A stretch of 64,000 nt of DNA from Chiloscyllium plagiosum (lineage: Eukaryota): contig NC_057729.1 of NCBI RefSeq assembly GCF_004010195.1, positions 29,349,142-29,413,141 of the forward strand, written 5' to 3'. The translations under genes were made by a program, and so were the position numbers. How positions within the stretch are numbered: the stretch's first letter is position 1; each line of letters opens with the position of its first letter. This document shows, piece by piece, positions 1 to 13,284 of this stretch. The notes under the pieces are model-generated. The model made no database searches. It was not told the DNA's origin and saw only the letters and a list, made by a program, of their open reading frames with translations.

Positions 1-135
1 GGGGTTGGGGGGGTGGTGTTGGGAGGCCGGGTGGCGGTGTTGGGAGGCCGGGTGGCGGTGTTGGATGGGGTTGGGGGGGTGGTGTTGGGAGGCCGGGTGG
101 CAGTGTTGGACGGGGTTGGGGCAGTGTTGGGGCAG
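1..135. repeat. G-rich ~21-nt minisatellite (ggcggtgttgggaggccgggt / ggcggtgttggatggggttggg variants)
   Basis: About 6 imperfect tandem units are directly visible. They account for the repetitive ORFs 5..235 and 13..219. Confidence 0.85.
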
Positions 136-296
136 GATCTCACGCGCTGTGTGCTGCAACAGTCTCCTGAACGAGAAGCAGACTTTAAAAACTCCGAGCC
201 CCAGAGGAAAGGCATTTAATCGGTTAACCAAATAATCGATTTTCCGAATGAAATAGTGCCTGCCCATCTCGTTCAGATAATCGAGGTTCCCCTGTA
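136..296. mobile_element. Right end of a Tigger/pogo (Tc1/mariner)-like non-autonomous DNA transposon
   Basis: Ends ...gataatcgaggttcccctg-TA. The reverse complement CAGGGGAACCTCGATTATC resembles Tigger-type TIRs and is followed by a TA target dinucleotide (295-296). The left TIR is outside the window. Confidence 0.55.
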
Positions 297-1465
297 CCAG
301 GTTATCACTCTTTCATATGTAGGGAGGTACTTACAGAGCTATCAATGAAGGTACGGAGACAGAGCCAGGAACTTGGTGATGGGGGCAGGAAGGGAGATGT
401 GGGTGGGGAAAAGTGAGCAGTAAAAGACAAAATTACAGAGATGAAGCAAGTCACCAAAGTGTCTGAAACTCTGAGTGGGTTTTGGGCCAGGACAAGGTTG
501 AGTGATTTAAATGCATTTGCTAATTTAACTTTGGGGAGCATGATATCTTAAGATTTGAGCCTCAGCTACAAGCCGTTGGTCAGTTAGTTGCTTGGGGCAG
601 GCAACAGCGGCAGCTGCAGCAAGCCAATGGACAAAGGAGAAAATGTGAGTAACCAGAAGGTGAGGGCCAGCATTAAGGCACGGCTCACTTATGTCAGTAT
701 AGAAGATTCTGAAAGTCACAGATTACTTCCAAAGAAGTAACAAGGAACACAGAATGGGGAGGCAGAGATGGCAACACTTAGGTTAAAATAGATTAAAATC
801 CAACAAACTACACATCACTTCATCCTACAAAAAATTGTTCAGAAGTTCAATTCACAAATTGGTCCCAACGTCCTATCAGGGAAATTACCCATCATAATTT
901 TCAGAGATTGTTAGCAGAAAATTGAAACATTATATTGAAAATGTACATATTTAGTAAGATGTTGTGAAATTGTTAAGACTTTTTTCATAGAAACTGTGAG
1001 GACAGTCAAAAGACTGAGGTGTGTCAGAAATTTTGTAACTGAAAATAATACAGAGAAAGATGGCAAGTAGGGGAAGGAATGGCCAGCAAGATTCCTACCA
1101 AAACAATAATGTCTTTTATCCTTTCAAATAAAAACACTTCCTGCATTGCATTTTTTTTTCATTTTATTCAGACACATCCTTGGGTTAGGTTTCTCTCACT
1201 CCTTCTATCTGCTTTAAACTGCAAACAAATTCCACGGTTTTGTGTGTTTCATTTCTTTCATTCATGTCAGTGAAGATGCCCTCCCAGTTTAATGCAGTGA
1301 AAATTAATGTTAAACTGCCGAAAGGAGAATTCCTACACTGATTCAGCTTTCTTTTCACTAGATAATGAAATATTGCCAAATAAACTTTTCCATTCTTGTG
1401 AACAAGTGAAAGCTTAGAAAATATTAAGGTATTTCAACTTGATATGAAAACTCTTGCAGAAATTA

Positions 1466-1580
1466 TGTGGTGCAGTGGTTGTGCCCCTGCCTTGGAGCTA
1501 GAAGTTCTGGGTTCAAGTCTCACTCCAGGACTTGGATGCTCAAGGAAAGTGCATCATGCTGCAGATGAACAGGTTATGTA
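1466..1580 (+). mobile_element. Degenerate tRNA-derived SINE head
   Basis: A-box-like TGGTGCAGTGG and B-box-like GGTTCAAGTC at tRNA-like spacing. A related fragment lies at ~3260-3310. Confidence 0.4.
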
Positions 1581-1947
1581 ACAACTTGCAAATATTTCCC
1601 ACATTTGACAAAAGTGTATATTAATGAAAGCAGGTGAGATACATGGTCAGCTTCCTGATAGATATAAATTGGAGACTACTATTTCTATCTATACCTCCAG
1701 GCTACATGATGCTCGTATAACAAAGTGACAGTGGTCATACAAACTAAGGTTCATTGGGGTGGGGTTGGAAAGGCTGGTTAGTTCAGTTGGCTGAACAGCC
1801 ATTGTGGATCAGATGGTGCCAACAGCACAAGATATAGCTCCTCGTTCCAGCTAGGCAAGCTTTTGCAGTACCCATGTTGGAGATGTTAGGTACAACCTGC
1901 CTTTGGGCAGGAAACTAAAGAAGATAAAAGATCTTAGTTTGCTCAGC

Positions 1948-3035
1948 TTCATAGAGCCATACAGCACGGAAACAGACACTTCGGTCCAACCAGTCCATGA
2001 TGACCATAATCCCAAATTAAACCAGTCCCACCTGCCTGCTCCTGGCCCATATCCCTCAAAATATTTCTTATTCATGTAATTATTCAAATATCTTTTAAAT
2101 ATTGCAACTGTATCTGTGCCCACCACTTTACCTCGAAATTCATTCCAAACACAAACCATTCGGTGTAAAGAAAACCCCATGTCTTTTTAAAAACTTTCTC
2201 CTCTCACCTTAAAATTATGCCCATAATCTTGAAATCTCCCTTCCCTAAAGAAAAGACACCTGTCATTGACCTTATCTATGCCCCTTGTGATTTTATAAAC
2301 CTTTACAGAAGTCACTCCTCAATCTCCTAATCTCCAGTGAAAAATGTCCCAGCCTCTGCTTATAACTCAAACTCTCAGTTCGCAGATCATCCTTGCAAAT
2401 CTTTTCTGAACCATCTCCAGCTTAATACTATTCTTAATATAACAAAGTGACTGGAACTAGGCACAGTAATACAGAAGAGGCCTCACCAATGTCCTGTACA
2501 ACTTCAACAGGACATCACAAATCCTTTACTCAAAGACCTGAGCAATGAAGGCCAGTGTGCTAAATCCCTCTTAACCATCCTGTCCACATGTGATGCAAAC
2601 TTCAAAGAATTATGTATCTGAATCCCTGTCTCAGTTCTACAACACTACCCTACTTTAAGTTGTATTAAATTTTGTTTTATCAAAATGCAATATCTTACAT
2701 TATCCAAATTAAACTCCATCTGCCTCTTCTCAGCCCTTTGAGCCAACTGATCAAGATCTCTTTGTAATCTTAGATAACCTCCTTCATTGTCCTCTATACC
2801 ACCAATTTGGTGTCATCCGCAAACGTACTAACCATATTCTTTAAATCATTCACATAAATGACAAACAAAAGTGGACCCAGCACTGAGCCCTGTGGAACAT
2901 CGCTGATCACAGGCCTCCAATGTGAAAATAACCCTCCACCAGCACTCTGTCTCCTGTTGTTTGGCAAATTTTGTATCCAATCAACAAGCTCATCCTGAAT
3001 CCCATGCAATCTTACTTTAATAATCTTATTGTGCC
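1948..3035 (-). mobile_element. CR1 LINE 3' fragment (degenerate RT and 3' UTR)
   Basis: Translated motifs [19 protein letters not shown] and VWNE..KVV....FKR.L; 3' UTR ends in a ctatg-type tail. Confidence 0.9.
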
Positions 3036-3746
3036 TACATGATTCCTTGTAATAATATGAAATGTACCTCAGAAAGGTCATTCACCAGTTCACTTACTGA
3101 TTATTGTTGTTAATTGATCTTGTCAGGGCAACAGAAAGAATATTATAATTGGCCTTAGCATCCCTAAGGTAGGACGGAGAATATCAGCAAATATTTCCAA
3201 TCCTGATTGTTCTCCATTGACCTGAATACAAAAGTCATTGGGTTTTTTTGTGTTTGACTTGTAGTGCAGTCCAGGTTTGAGTCCACACCAGGACTTGATG
3301 GCTGCAGAAAGTAGATTCATAACTTTGCCAACAATGTTGATTATCAGCTTGTAAATTCTTCTAATGTGCCTGATGGCAGGCAGTCCCCTAGTCACCCACC
3401 CCACACAAGGCAATGGCAATCCTCTTAGTATGCTACCCATACACATAGATGAACAGAAGTCCATGACCTAAGAGCATAGGACAGACAGATGAAGACCACT
3501 GTTCATCAATATGAGGATAGATTTGAGATGATTAATGACCACATCTACCTCGACACTCCATGTTCAAACATCTGACGGGTATTCACTGTACACGAACAAC
3601 TTGCATGAGATGCTAAAGTGCTGCTGGGACCCAGGCTTCTATACCCCAGCATCAGTCACCATTATCAGGAGACTTAGATTTGAAAACTACAAAAATGCAT
3701 ATGTCGAATTTACTTTTCGCCAGAGTAAAAATAGAAGTCCCCTTAC

Positions 3747-3851
3747 CTGCAGATGGTTTTACTCGTACTTTATACCCCTGTCTGTTTCCATCAACCTCTT
3801 TCCATTTCATCTGCAGTCTATCTTCAGACAGAACAGTTAATTTCAATCTCC
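3747..3851 (-). CDS. COL20A1: Collagen XX alpha 1, second coding exon (start of first fibronectin type III domain): (G)RLKLTVLSEDRLQMKWKEVDGNRQGYKVRVKPSA(G)
   Basis: 105-bp phase1/phase1 exon. Acceptor tttgtacaattag|GG, donor GCAG|gtaagg. The peptide matches the COL20A1 N-terminal FN3 signature (human LRLAVLPEDRLQMKWRESEGSGLGYLVQVKPMAG, from memory) rather than COL14A1 or COL12A1. Confidence 0.93.
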
Positions 3852-4499
3852 CTAATTGTACAAACAAAATAATTAAAACAAAGTATTTCAAGTAAATATA
3901 TCAGCATGTTTAAAGATGTAAATAAATGATGAGGATTAAATGTTACTTGAACAACATATTAATATAGCATGAGGATGAGTCTTGAGTCCAGAAGTGTATC
4001 ATGTTGCAAAACTTGGGATTCTATTCACCTATTCCACACTGCACTTGTAGGACGGCTGGATAACTTGAAAGCTGCAAAGTAAATTGCTCCCATGTGAAAG
4101 TTAGTAAGTTTTCAGAGCCTGGGCATTAAGCTCCACCATTCATGATATGATGACAAAACTTAGCAAAAAAACAAAGATAATTTGGAAATGATAAAGTGCT
4201 TCAGAGGGCGGAGCAAGGGACAGAAAAGATGGGTCCTTAGCATCTCCTGTTCCCATGTTTGGATCAAACAGAACAGAATGGTGCAGCACACAAGTAGGTC
4301 AATCTGTGTATTGAGTCTGCATCAGGTTTTCTCCAAGATAAATGCAGTTTATCCTACCACCTTCTCCCTGCTCTGCTGTGTCTTAAACATTTTATCCAAT
4401 TTCCTTTCGAACACCAGTTTGCATCTTCTACTGCAAGTTGAGTGAGGGAGTGTATTCCAAAACCACACTTTATGTAAACGTTTTTCCTCATGTTGCTTT

Positions 4500-5245
4500 T
4501 ATAGAGTCATAGAGATGTACAGCACAGAAACAGACCCTTCGGTCCAACCCGTCCATGCCGACCAGATATCCCAACCCAATTTAGTCCCACCTGCCAGCAC
4601 CCGGCCCATATTCCTCCAAACCGTTCCTATTCATATACCCATCCAAATGCCTCTTAAATGTTGCAATTTTACTAGCCTTCACCACTTCCTCTGGCCGCTC
4701 ATTCCATACATGTACCACCCTCTGCAGGAAAAAGTTGCCCCTTAGGTCTCTTTTATACCTTTCCCCTCTCACCCTAAACCTATGCTGTCTAATTCTGGAC
4801 TCCCCCACCTCAGGGAAAAGACTTTGTCTATTTATCCTACAGATGCCCTCATGAGTTTGAAAACCTCTATAAGGTCACCCCTCAGCCTCCGACGCTCCAG
4901 GGAAAACAGCCCCAGCCTGTTCAGCCTCTCCCTATAGCTCAAATCCTCCAACCCTGGCAACATCCTTGTAAATCTTTTCTGAACTCTTTCAAGTTTTGCA
5001 ACATCTTTCTGATAGGAAGGAGACCAGAAATGCATGCAATATTCCAACATTGGCCTAATCAACATCCTGTACAGCTGCAACATGACCTCCCAACTCCTAT
5101 ACTCAATACTCTGACCAATAAAGGAAAGCACACCAAACGCCTTCTTCACTATCCTATCTTCCTGCGACTCCACTTTCAAGGAGCTATGAATCTGCACTCC
5201 AAGGTCTCTTTGTGCAGCAGCACTCCCTAGGACCTTACCATTAAG
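4500..5245 (-). mobile_element. CR1 LINE 3' end, relatively young
   Basis: Near-intact ORF2 C-terminus (LERVQKRFTRMLPGL...LFSLERRRLRGDLIEVFK...RGNFF.QRVV.VWN) plus 3' UTR and tail. Confidence 0.95.
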
Positions 5246-6503
5246 TTTGTTTTTTTTTGCCAGTCAACCTTTGAAATGGTCCGTCTAATTCTCAATCATA
5301 CCTTCAGCCACTGGAAGCATTTGTAATTCAGCCTATAATAGTATATACATTTATTCATGATTTTATTCAATACTGTCAAGTCCCCTTGTATTTTTTGGTT
5401 CTAAGGAGAATAATTCCTGTAGTTGCTCATCCCTGCAGCTACACCAGTAAAATTATTTTAAAGTCTCCACAAAGTCTTCAAACCCTTCTTCCACCAAAGA
5501 ATTGGAAACCATAATCTCAGGGGAACCAACTGTTTTATATGAGTTCAACAAAAACATTTCACTTTTGTGGTTTATGTTTCTATTTATAATGGCCATTGAA
5601 AGTACAGGTTCTAGCATGATGGCTTTACAACCATGGTATTGTCAAATAGTTGCATAATTTGTTCATATCATTTAAAAGATCAACTTCTTGGAAACTGGCA
5701 CTATAACAAAATATATTTTAGAGACTTTTCTTAGATTTGCTGGAGAGGCAATTTATTGGTTTTCAGGAGCTACTAATAGACCAATAGGTGGCAATTAGTG
5801 AGTAATGATTGGAATGAGGAAGGAAGTGGAATGAAATTGGGGAGGGGGAAGAGAGGAGGCAGCAGGGGAAAGAAGGAGGGTAGTGTAAGTGTAGAGCAGG
5901 AATGAAAAAGCTATAAATTGAGGGGAAAATAAAAAGAAAAACTGCAAGATGAGGAGGCTAAAAAGGAAAAGATAATTGTTTAAAATTTTCCATGAAAGAA
6001 TACTCAATTAACTGGGAACTGGGAAAACCTGATGTTACTGAGATGTTCCTTGTAAGTTAAAGTGAAATCTCCAGTTTAGGACTGCAACCGTAGGAAGAAA
6101 ATACAGTGATTGTTATTATGATGAACAATTTGAAAATTGTTAATCTTAAATCTGAGATAGAGATCTGAAAAGCAGTAAAAGAGTATTAGCTCCCTTATTA
6201 AAATGTTCCAGTTTTGGTTTGTTGTCACTTCACCAGTCTGTGAAGTCACCAGTCAGACCCTAACAACAAAAATATAAGAGAATAACAATACTGATTTGAT
6301 GAGAATGACCACTGAATTGGACTTGAGTGATCAGAATTAATATTCTACTCTCTGAGCGTCTATCTGACATCATGCTCTGGATAAGTGAGAATTTTATTCA
6401 ACTGAATATTGGTAAGAGAAATGATATTCTACTTTAAGCCTGGCCATAAGTTCAAAAGCTGAGAGACACACACTCAAATCCCTTCCAGGTGCTCACTCAG
6501 GTT

Positions 6504-7118
6504 TGTTATGCATCAGACCAGAATCCCTCAAAATATTTTAAGAAGGTAGCTCAGACTCTAACTTTTTCTTATCTTAAGGCAAATGTGAAGTGCTGTGTTC
6601 CAGAATGCAATGTTACCGATCAAACATTAAGCAAAAACACCATTTATTTAAACACCATACTTAAAATACAAACAAAACATAAAATAACAACTCTTTTGAA
6701 AAACTTAACTGAATAATAGACTCAGTAACGATTACTAATTAACTGTTCCAAAATAGTAATATCCCATGCACACACCCCTTGGTAAAAAGGCAAATTCAGA
6801 CACAGATTCTCACATGCAGATCTCTAATCCAAGAGGAAAAGGACATCAAGAGAAAATTCACAGAAAGTAACAGCCAGGAGACATTTACTGAAACTTTCAA
6901 TTCTGTTGAGACCCTAACAGCGCCTGATGCTCCTGAAAAAACAAAACTCAGAAATCTGGATCTGAGAGAGCAGGTCACATCTATTCAAGTTGTTAAAAGA
7001 AAGCTAAGGCTTTCCAAGCTGCTTACTCAGGTGGTCTTGGTAGACTGCTCGGTGTCTCTGTCTTACAATTTCTCTTTTAAAGGATGAAATAAGCTCTTAA
7101 AGCCACAGTATCATCACA
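6504..7118. mobile_element. Solo LTR (615 bp) with 4-bp target-site duplication
   Basis: Begins TGTTATG and ends CATCACA (TG...CA termini, 6/7-bp inverted). Flanked by GGTT at 6500-6503 and 7119-7122. Confidence 0.75.
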
Positions 7119-7404
7119 GGTTCCCCCAAACTTATATTCCATTCATACACATTCTTATCTAACTTTATCTTTCAATATCTTTCAATCTTCCCTTTCCTTC
7201 TTCCACAATCAGCAGAGCATTCAGTCATCTTTCTTCCGTATAGCCAAAATGTCTTCCTTTACCTTTTGCTTTCCTTGCCTTAAAACTTCTCTATACTTTA
7301 AAAGCTTCTTCTAATCCTCTTATTCACTCTTGCTTTTCGTCATGCAGATGAAACCCTACAATTTATTTCCAATGCAGACTAGTCAGCATTTCCAAAGAGG
7401 AAAT

Positions 7405-7738
7405 GGGCGGCACGGTGGCACAGTGGTTAGCACTGCTGCCTCACAGCGCCAGAGATCCGGGTTCAATTCCCGCCTCAGGCGACTGACTGTGTGGAGTTTG
7501 CACGTTCTCCCCGTGTCTGCGTGGGTTTCCTCCGGGTGCTCCGGTTTCCTCCCACAATCCAAAAGATGTGCAGGTCAGGTGAATTGGCTATGCTAAATTG
7601 CCCGTAGTGTTAGGTTAGGGGTAAATGTAGGGGTGGGGTATGGGTGGGTTGCGCTTCGGCGGGGCGGTGTGGACTTGTTGGGCCGAAGGGCCTGTTTCCA
7701 CACTGTAAGTAATCTAATCTAATCTAATCTAAAAAAAA
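7405..7738 (+). mobile_element. Full-length young HE1/V-SINE-type SINE
   Basis: tRNA-like head with A/B boxes (TGGCACAGTGG, GGTTCAATTCC), central GTGTGGAGTTTGCACGTTCTCCCCGTGTCTGCGTGGGTTTCC block, retained CpGs and an (AATCT)n tail. Confidence 0.92.
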
Positions 7739-10197
7739 AGGAGTCATTCCAGATTCAAAGCATTAACTTATTTTCTTTCTACAGATGCAGTCAGAACTGC
7801 TGAGTTTCTTGATTACTTTGTTTTTATTCCAGACCTATAATAGCTTAGATTTTGCATTAAAAATTACAGTAAGGCTATTAGTGATCAACATTCTGGTATA
7901 AATCGGGCAGAAAGTTCCAATATCCGCATATGGGTACTGACCTGTTCCTCCAGTAACTCCATTGTAGCAGCAGACATGTATGGTTACCTTCCTCTCAATT
8001 TTCTTTCAAATGCAAACATGCTTGTTTGGTGGAATCTTCCCAGCCCCTGAACAGCGGGGACACTTTGGGAAAATCATGAAATTGGGTGAGATATCCAGCA
8101 AGAACCTTTTCAATACTGAGAGCAAAATGTCTCATTTTCCAATTAAGTGTTGATTAGCAAGTCAAGAATCTCACTTGTGAGCATGGAAAGACTTCTTCTC
8201 TTCGATTATCATTATGAATAGCTTCATTATAATCTAATCTTGCCTCGTTAATACACAGACTCCCATTCTGTGTTCAATGGAAACTAGATGCTGAGAATTC
8301 CCAAGTTAGAGCAGTTACCTGGTGACTCCAGCTCGCTGCTTGCTCCTCCAAAGCTCCATCTTGAACATCTAGCATCAGTATATCAGAGCACATTTCATGA
8401 GCAGTGACTGCATGAATCACATGTCTATGAACACTGGTACCCGACATGTACGGATCTCACCATAAGCATTATTCACATCTCTGATCCACTTCTGCACTTC
8501 AATCCAGAACTTCAGAGTGCATTGGGTCCTCTCATTGGAATGTTGCCAGGACATTTAGAGCACCCAGCTCATGGACTGGATCAGTGTACATCTCAGGGAT
8601 CCTCATTTTCTCTCTTAGCGCTCACTCAATTTGTGCCCACTTTGATGCTCACAGCATCCCTGCCTTACCATTTTTTTGTGCTTCACCCTCTCAGCCAGAG
8701 CTTAAAGGCTCACAGTATTGCAGTGTTGCTTTGTCTTTCAGCTCAGTCACAAAGACAGGCAGCTTGTAATAGTTATCAGCAGTCACCAGTCAAGGGAGTA
8801 AACACATTGCTGTATGGCAATGTGCGACATCACACCTACACCATATGCCAACTATGTACACATACTTCACATGTGCTTGCCATATCTCAGAGTCTAAGGG
8901 GATTCATCCTTAGTCAAATCAAAGGAGATACCCTTCAGACAGGAGGGTCCTGGCTCAGTAATCCAAGGGCAGTACAGTGACTGCGGCATAGTCAGTTGAC
9001 TGCTCAGGGTGACCAGAGTCAGGGGCTTCAAACCTCTATAGCCTGGGCAATGGACCATGGTCAGCCCTCTGGATCCAGTGTAATCAGTCCAGGGAGTCAT
9101 TGGAAGTCAGCTGGAGAGCTATACAGAGATCAGTCATGTGTCCGGTCAGTAACCATCTGGGCTTTAAGGGCATGGCCAGTCCTGAGTTCATCCGCTACAA
9201 CTCAAGGGAGGCCACTGCTATGGGACGGAAGCTGGGGAAATTAAATTGTGGGAATTGGACGCAGCATGCTGGGATAAAAAGAGAGGATTATAAGGTGGGG
9301 GGGGCAACTCAATATATAGGGAGAGACAATAGAGCACAGAAGGGAAAGAGGTAATGTACGAGTAGGGAGGAGGATCACCAACAGGTCACAGCAGTCTGAC
9401 TTCCGGAAGGGCCTCAATGCGCTACTAGATCTGACCCGTTTACTTGATATGCCTGGGACTGGGAAGGGGCAGGGTTGGGAGTAGGACATTTAATGGAAGG
9501 ACGGGTGGGGACTTGGAGAAGTTCAAAGCCTATTGTGTTTATGAGGAGATCTACCATGAAAAGAATGTGTACTTTTGGGGGTTTAATCAATAATCAGAGG
9601 GTGAGTCTGAGACCACTGCTCAAGGAGCAACCACTGTTTCTGCCATTGTGCTGTAAATAGCAACAGCAACAGCATAGTGGAATTGAGGATGGGTGCCACC
9701 TTATGTGAAGTGGTGGGGGTAAGTGCCTTGCAGTGGAACCTGTTGGTCTTGGAGTTTTGGTTGGGTCACTCTGGGAGTGTTCATGTCGGGAGAGTCTAGT
9801 CATGCTGAGCATGTCCTGCCCAGTGACAGATGCAACATCCTTGGTTTGACCTTCCGCAAGGCTGAGGATCGCAGGCAGTGAGGGAGAGGTAGTGGTGGAA
9901 GGCTGAGCCACCTCCCAAGTGTCCTGAGGAGACTTCAAGGAGGCCTGTATGTGACTCCTTCTCCAGCTGCATGCCTACTTGGCACCACTCTGTCTCCGGG
10001 AAGAGACACCTGGAGTGAGGGTCTAGGACCCACACCCCTTATTGCCTTGCTGTTGGTGCTAAGCATATCTAGCAGACTTTGAGGCTGCTGGACCTAGCTG
10101 GACCTACCAGCCGCACCCTATCCATGAAGGCAGCCAGACGATCACATGCCCAAGGCCACAGGGTCTCAACAGTGTTACTGCAATACTGCAACTTTAA

Positions 10198-10452
10198 GGG
10201 GAGCATGGTGGCTCAGTGGTTAGCACTGCTGCCTCACAGCGCAAGGGACCTGAGTTCGATTCCAGCTTTGGGCGACTGTCTGTGTGGAGCTTGGACATTC
10301 TCCCATGTCTGCATGGGATTCCGCTGGGTGCTCTGGTTTCCTCCCACAATCAAAAGATGTGCAGGTCAGGTGCATTGTGGTGGATTACTCTTCAGAGGGT
10401 CAGTGTGCACTTGTTGGGCCAAATGGCCGGTTTCCACACTGTAGGAAATCTT
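10198..10452 (+). mobile_element. HE1/V-SINE copy (diverged, internally deleted)
   Basis: Same head and central block as 7405-7738. Confidence 0.88.
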
Positions 10453-10707
10453 TATGTCAGGTTGCCTGCTGCTCCTGTGTCTGCAAGTGCAGGCATTGCA
10501 ATTGCAAATCGCTGACACCATGGGGTCCTCACTTGCCTAGCACTAATCAAATTCCACGTCTCCAGCAGTCCTCGAATGTCAGTGACCTGGGGCGTTTCTT
10601 CCTCAGCCAGCTGCAAGACATGGCAGTAACATTCTCACCAACAAATGCTCTAATCTGGCTAATGTATCCTCTGAGACCTCAGGAACTGTGTTAGGCAGCT
10701 TTGCAGG

Positions 10708-10790
10708 TTCAAAACGTATGGCGCTGGAAAAGCGCAGCACCTGAGGAGTAGGAAAGTCAACATTTCGGGCATAAGCCCTTCATCAGGATT
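10708..10790 (-). mobile_element. PLE terminal-repeat (pLTR) fragment with hammerhead core
   Basis: Reverse complement contains CTGATGA-A-GGGC-TTAT-GCCC-GAAA. Homologous to the 15670, 19840, 38460 and 47491 elements. Confidence 0.7.
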
Positions 10791-12779
10791 GCCCTCTCCT
10801 TAGCCCCTCCCAGGGCTATTTTCTCCTGTAATGAAAGAAAAGATGGAGCTGGGTGAGATGAAATTGGGTGGCACAGTAAGACAGGGGAAAAAGTGGTGAA
10901 GTGACCCAAGGGAGTGAGAGGCTGGGCAGAGTGAGTATGCTGGGGGACGGGGTGTCAGAGAGTGAGTGAGAGAAGATGTTTGCATGCAACAGTGAGAGAG
11001 GAAGAACAGAAGCCTTAGTGGAAGTTGGGTGCAGTAACATAAAAAGAGTGTGATGTAGAATAGAAGGTGAGATAAAGCAAGCATGAGGTGAAGGAGATCG
11101 CACTTTCTCTGATAAAAGTCATTGACCAACTTATGGTACAGCTGTGGAGATTGCACCTGCCCAACTGGCAACTTTGGACCAGGCTGGCTGGATCTGGGGG
11201 TTCATGGTATTCTCTGCTGGCCCTCAGGAGAAGAAGTTGGCTCTCCACCACATCGCTAATCCACCAGGACTTCCAGGCCCTTGTCCATAATGTGGGGCAC
11301 CAATGGTCTTGGGGAAATGTTACAAACTGCTACTGAGTACTTGACCGGGTGCATATTGGTCTTTTACTCAAAACACCGATGCCAATAATCCCGAGATGTC
11401 CTGACAATGACAAGTACTCCTGCATATTGTGAGTGAGAGAATCAAACTAGCATAGATAAGCAGACACCATAGAACCATGGTACATAGTTAATGAGATGAA
11501 TTTGCAATGATAGTGCAAGAAAACTGCTGAGTCTCACAAAGAGAAACCTTCTGTGAAATTTACAAATGATACTCAGCTGATTTCTGGTAAGATATAAATT
11601 GTTACGTATGTCTAATATTTTCTGTACTTCATTCATGATGTTTTTAATTTTAATTGATGTCTTATTATTAAAGAAATAAGTTAAAGCCCCTACAATATAA
11701 TACTGTACTGTAAATAACAAAAGCATCTTTATCATTGCAGATAATGATGAACAACCACAAATCGCTTCCAAGTGGAACAGCTGTGCTGGTCAAGACCGGA
11801 CTGCCTGGAATCATTATATTTTGCTCTGTGATGAAGGCTTCAACCTTCATAAACCTCATTAGCATCTTCTGGTATTATCTTTGTAGTAGTGAAACTATAA
11901 TGCAAGAAGAAAGGCATATGCTGGGGCAGTTGATCTAAAAAGTGCTTTGTTGCCGCATTCCTCATTGAAATGAATACTGAATGGAACCAATAATTAACAA
12001 CTACTGGTATTTACTTTAAATTCACTTTTATCCACAATTATAAGATAGATTTTATACAAAAATGCTAGTCATTTTTCTATTTCCTGTACAGCATCCACTA
12101 AACTTTTAAATGACAGAATCAAAGTGAAGATCACAAAGAGAAGTTCATATTGCACATATAAGACACATTTGTCCTGTACATGAATACAGAAATTGTCATG
12201 CTGTTAAATGGTTTGGAGGGCACAAGAGAATATTGCACAGATATTATGAACAATTGATGTTATTCAACACTAAGATACTAAAATTGTTAATATAACAGCG
12301 TGAGCCCAACAGTGAATTCTAATATCATAATAAGATTTGAACACAGACGAACAATAATCTTGTCTGTGGGTAATAGTCACATTTCTTATGCAGCATGCAT
12401 CCATTGAGCTTTAAATTTTATACTGTTTTGATTGGAATTTGCCATAAAAATGACAAATAAAGTAAAGCATGACTAACAGTACAATTTTCTCGTTCTACTT
12501 TAGAATACTTTAAACACTTGACAGAACTTTGTTAAGTTGTGAAATTCTGAAGGAAACTGGATTCAGAATAAAATGTGTTTTTTGGCCTTAATTTTTTAAA
12601 AACTTCTTTCAGAAAACAGCAGTCACCCCTGGTACTGAACATTATCAGTTATCTATATTATCTGATCCATTTAAGTAAAGTTGCCTTGTATTACTTCACA
12701 CACAATACATTATTCTCCTCTAATTGGGCATTGAGAGATCATTGATGATGTTTTTAATTTTAATTGATGTCTTATTGAA

Positions 12780-13190
12780 AAAGGAGGATCTTATGAGACT
12801 TGACAAGATAGATGCAGGAAGATTGTTGCCCCTTGTGGGAACGTCTAAGACCAGAGGGCATAATCTCAGTAAAAGCGACTGATAGGCAAATAATTCCCTT
12901 ATTGGGAATGAATTTCTAAATTCCTGTGTCAGTAAGAATAGACACAAAAGGAGGAATATTTTCTGGCAGATGGGAATGAATCTGTGGAATTCTTTTCCAC
13001 AGTTGACTGTTGAGGCTGGATCATTAGGTATATTCAAGGTGGAGATAGACAAATTTTTAATGAGTAAGAGAATCAAGAGTTATTGGGAGAAGTCAGTAGA
13101 GTTGAGGATTGTCAGATAAACCATGATCTCATTGAATGGCAAAACAAGACTGAATGACTTACTTCTGCTCCTACATCTTATGCTCTGTCT
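12780..13190 (+). mobile_element. CR1 3' fragment (old) containing a 54-bp non-CR1 patch
   Basis: CR1-type 3' motifs (gaatctgtggaattc, ttcaaggtggagatagac, ccatgatctcattgaatggc). Confidence 0.8.
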
Positions 13191-13284
13191 GCTATTATGA
13201 TTCATATACAATATAAGTTTGTATACCTACAGTGAATGATACATAAAAGGCTAAGGACTTTATGGCTTTGAAACTTGTATTTTG

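Larger units (their letters stand above)
8040..11400. mobile_element. Ancient, degenerate PIF/Harbinger-like transposon relic interrupted by younger inserts
   Basis: Minus strand ~11290-11120 reads DKGLEVLVD...QPAWSKVASWAGAIS...KLVNDF across frameshifts, resembling the Myb/SANT protein of Harbinger elements. Segment 8811-8880 is clearly homologous to ~24131-24210. Confidence 0.45.

Noticed and set aside
3652-3891. ORF MKYFVLIILFVQLGRLK... appearing to have its own signal peptide
   Set aside because: The hydrophobic N-terminus is translated intronic T-rich acceptor tract. The coding part is 3747-3851, and the real signal peptide is at 18723-18798.
5795-6007. Hydrophobic ORF from a purine-rich tract
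   Set aside because: Low-complexity sequence with no gene-like context.
7405-7480. tRNA gene-like A/B boxes
   Set aside because: These are SINE heads continuing into SINE body and tail, not tRNA genes.
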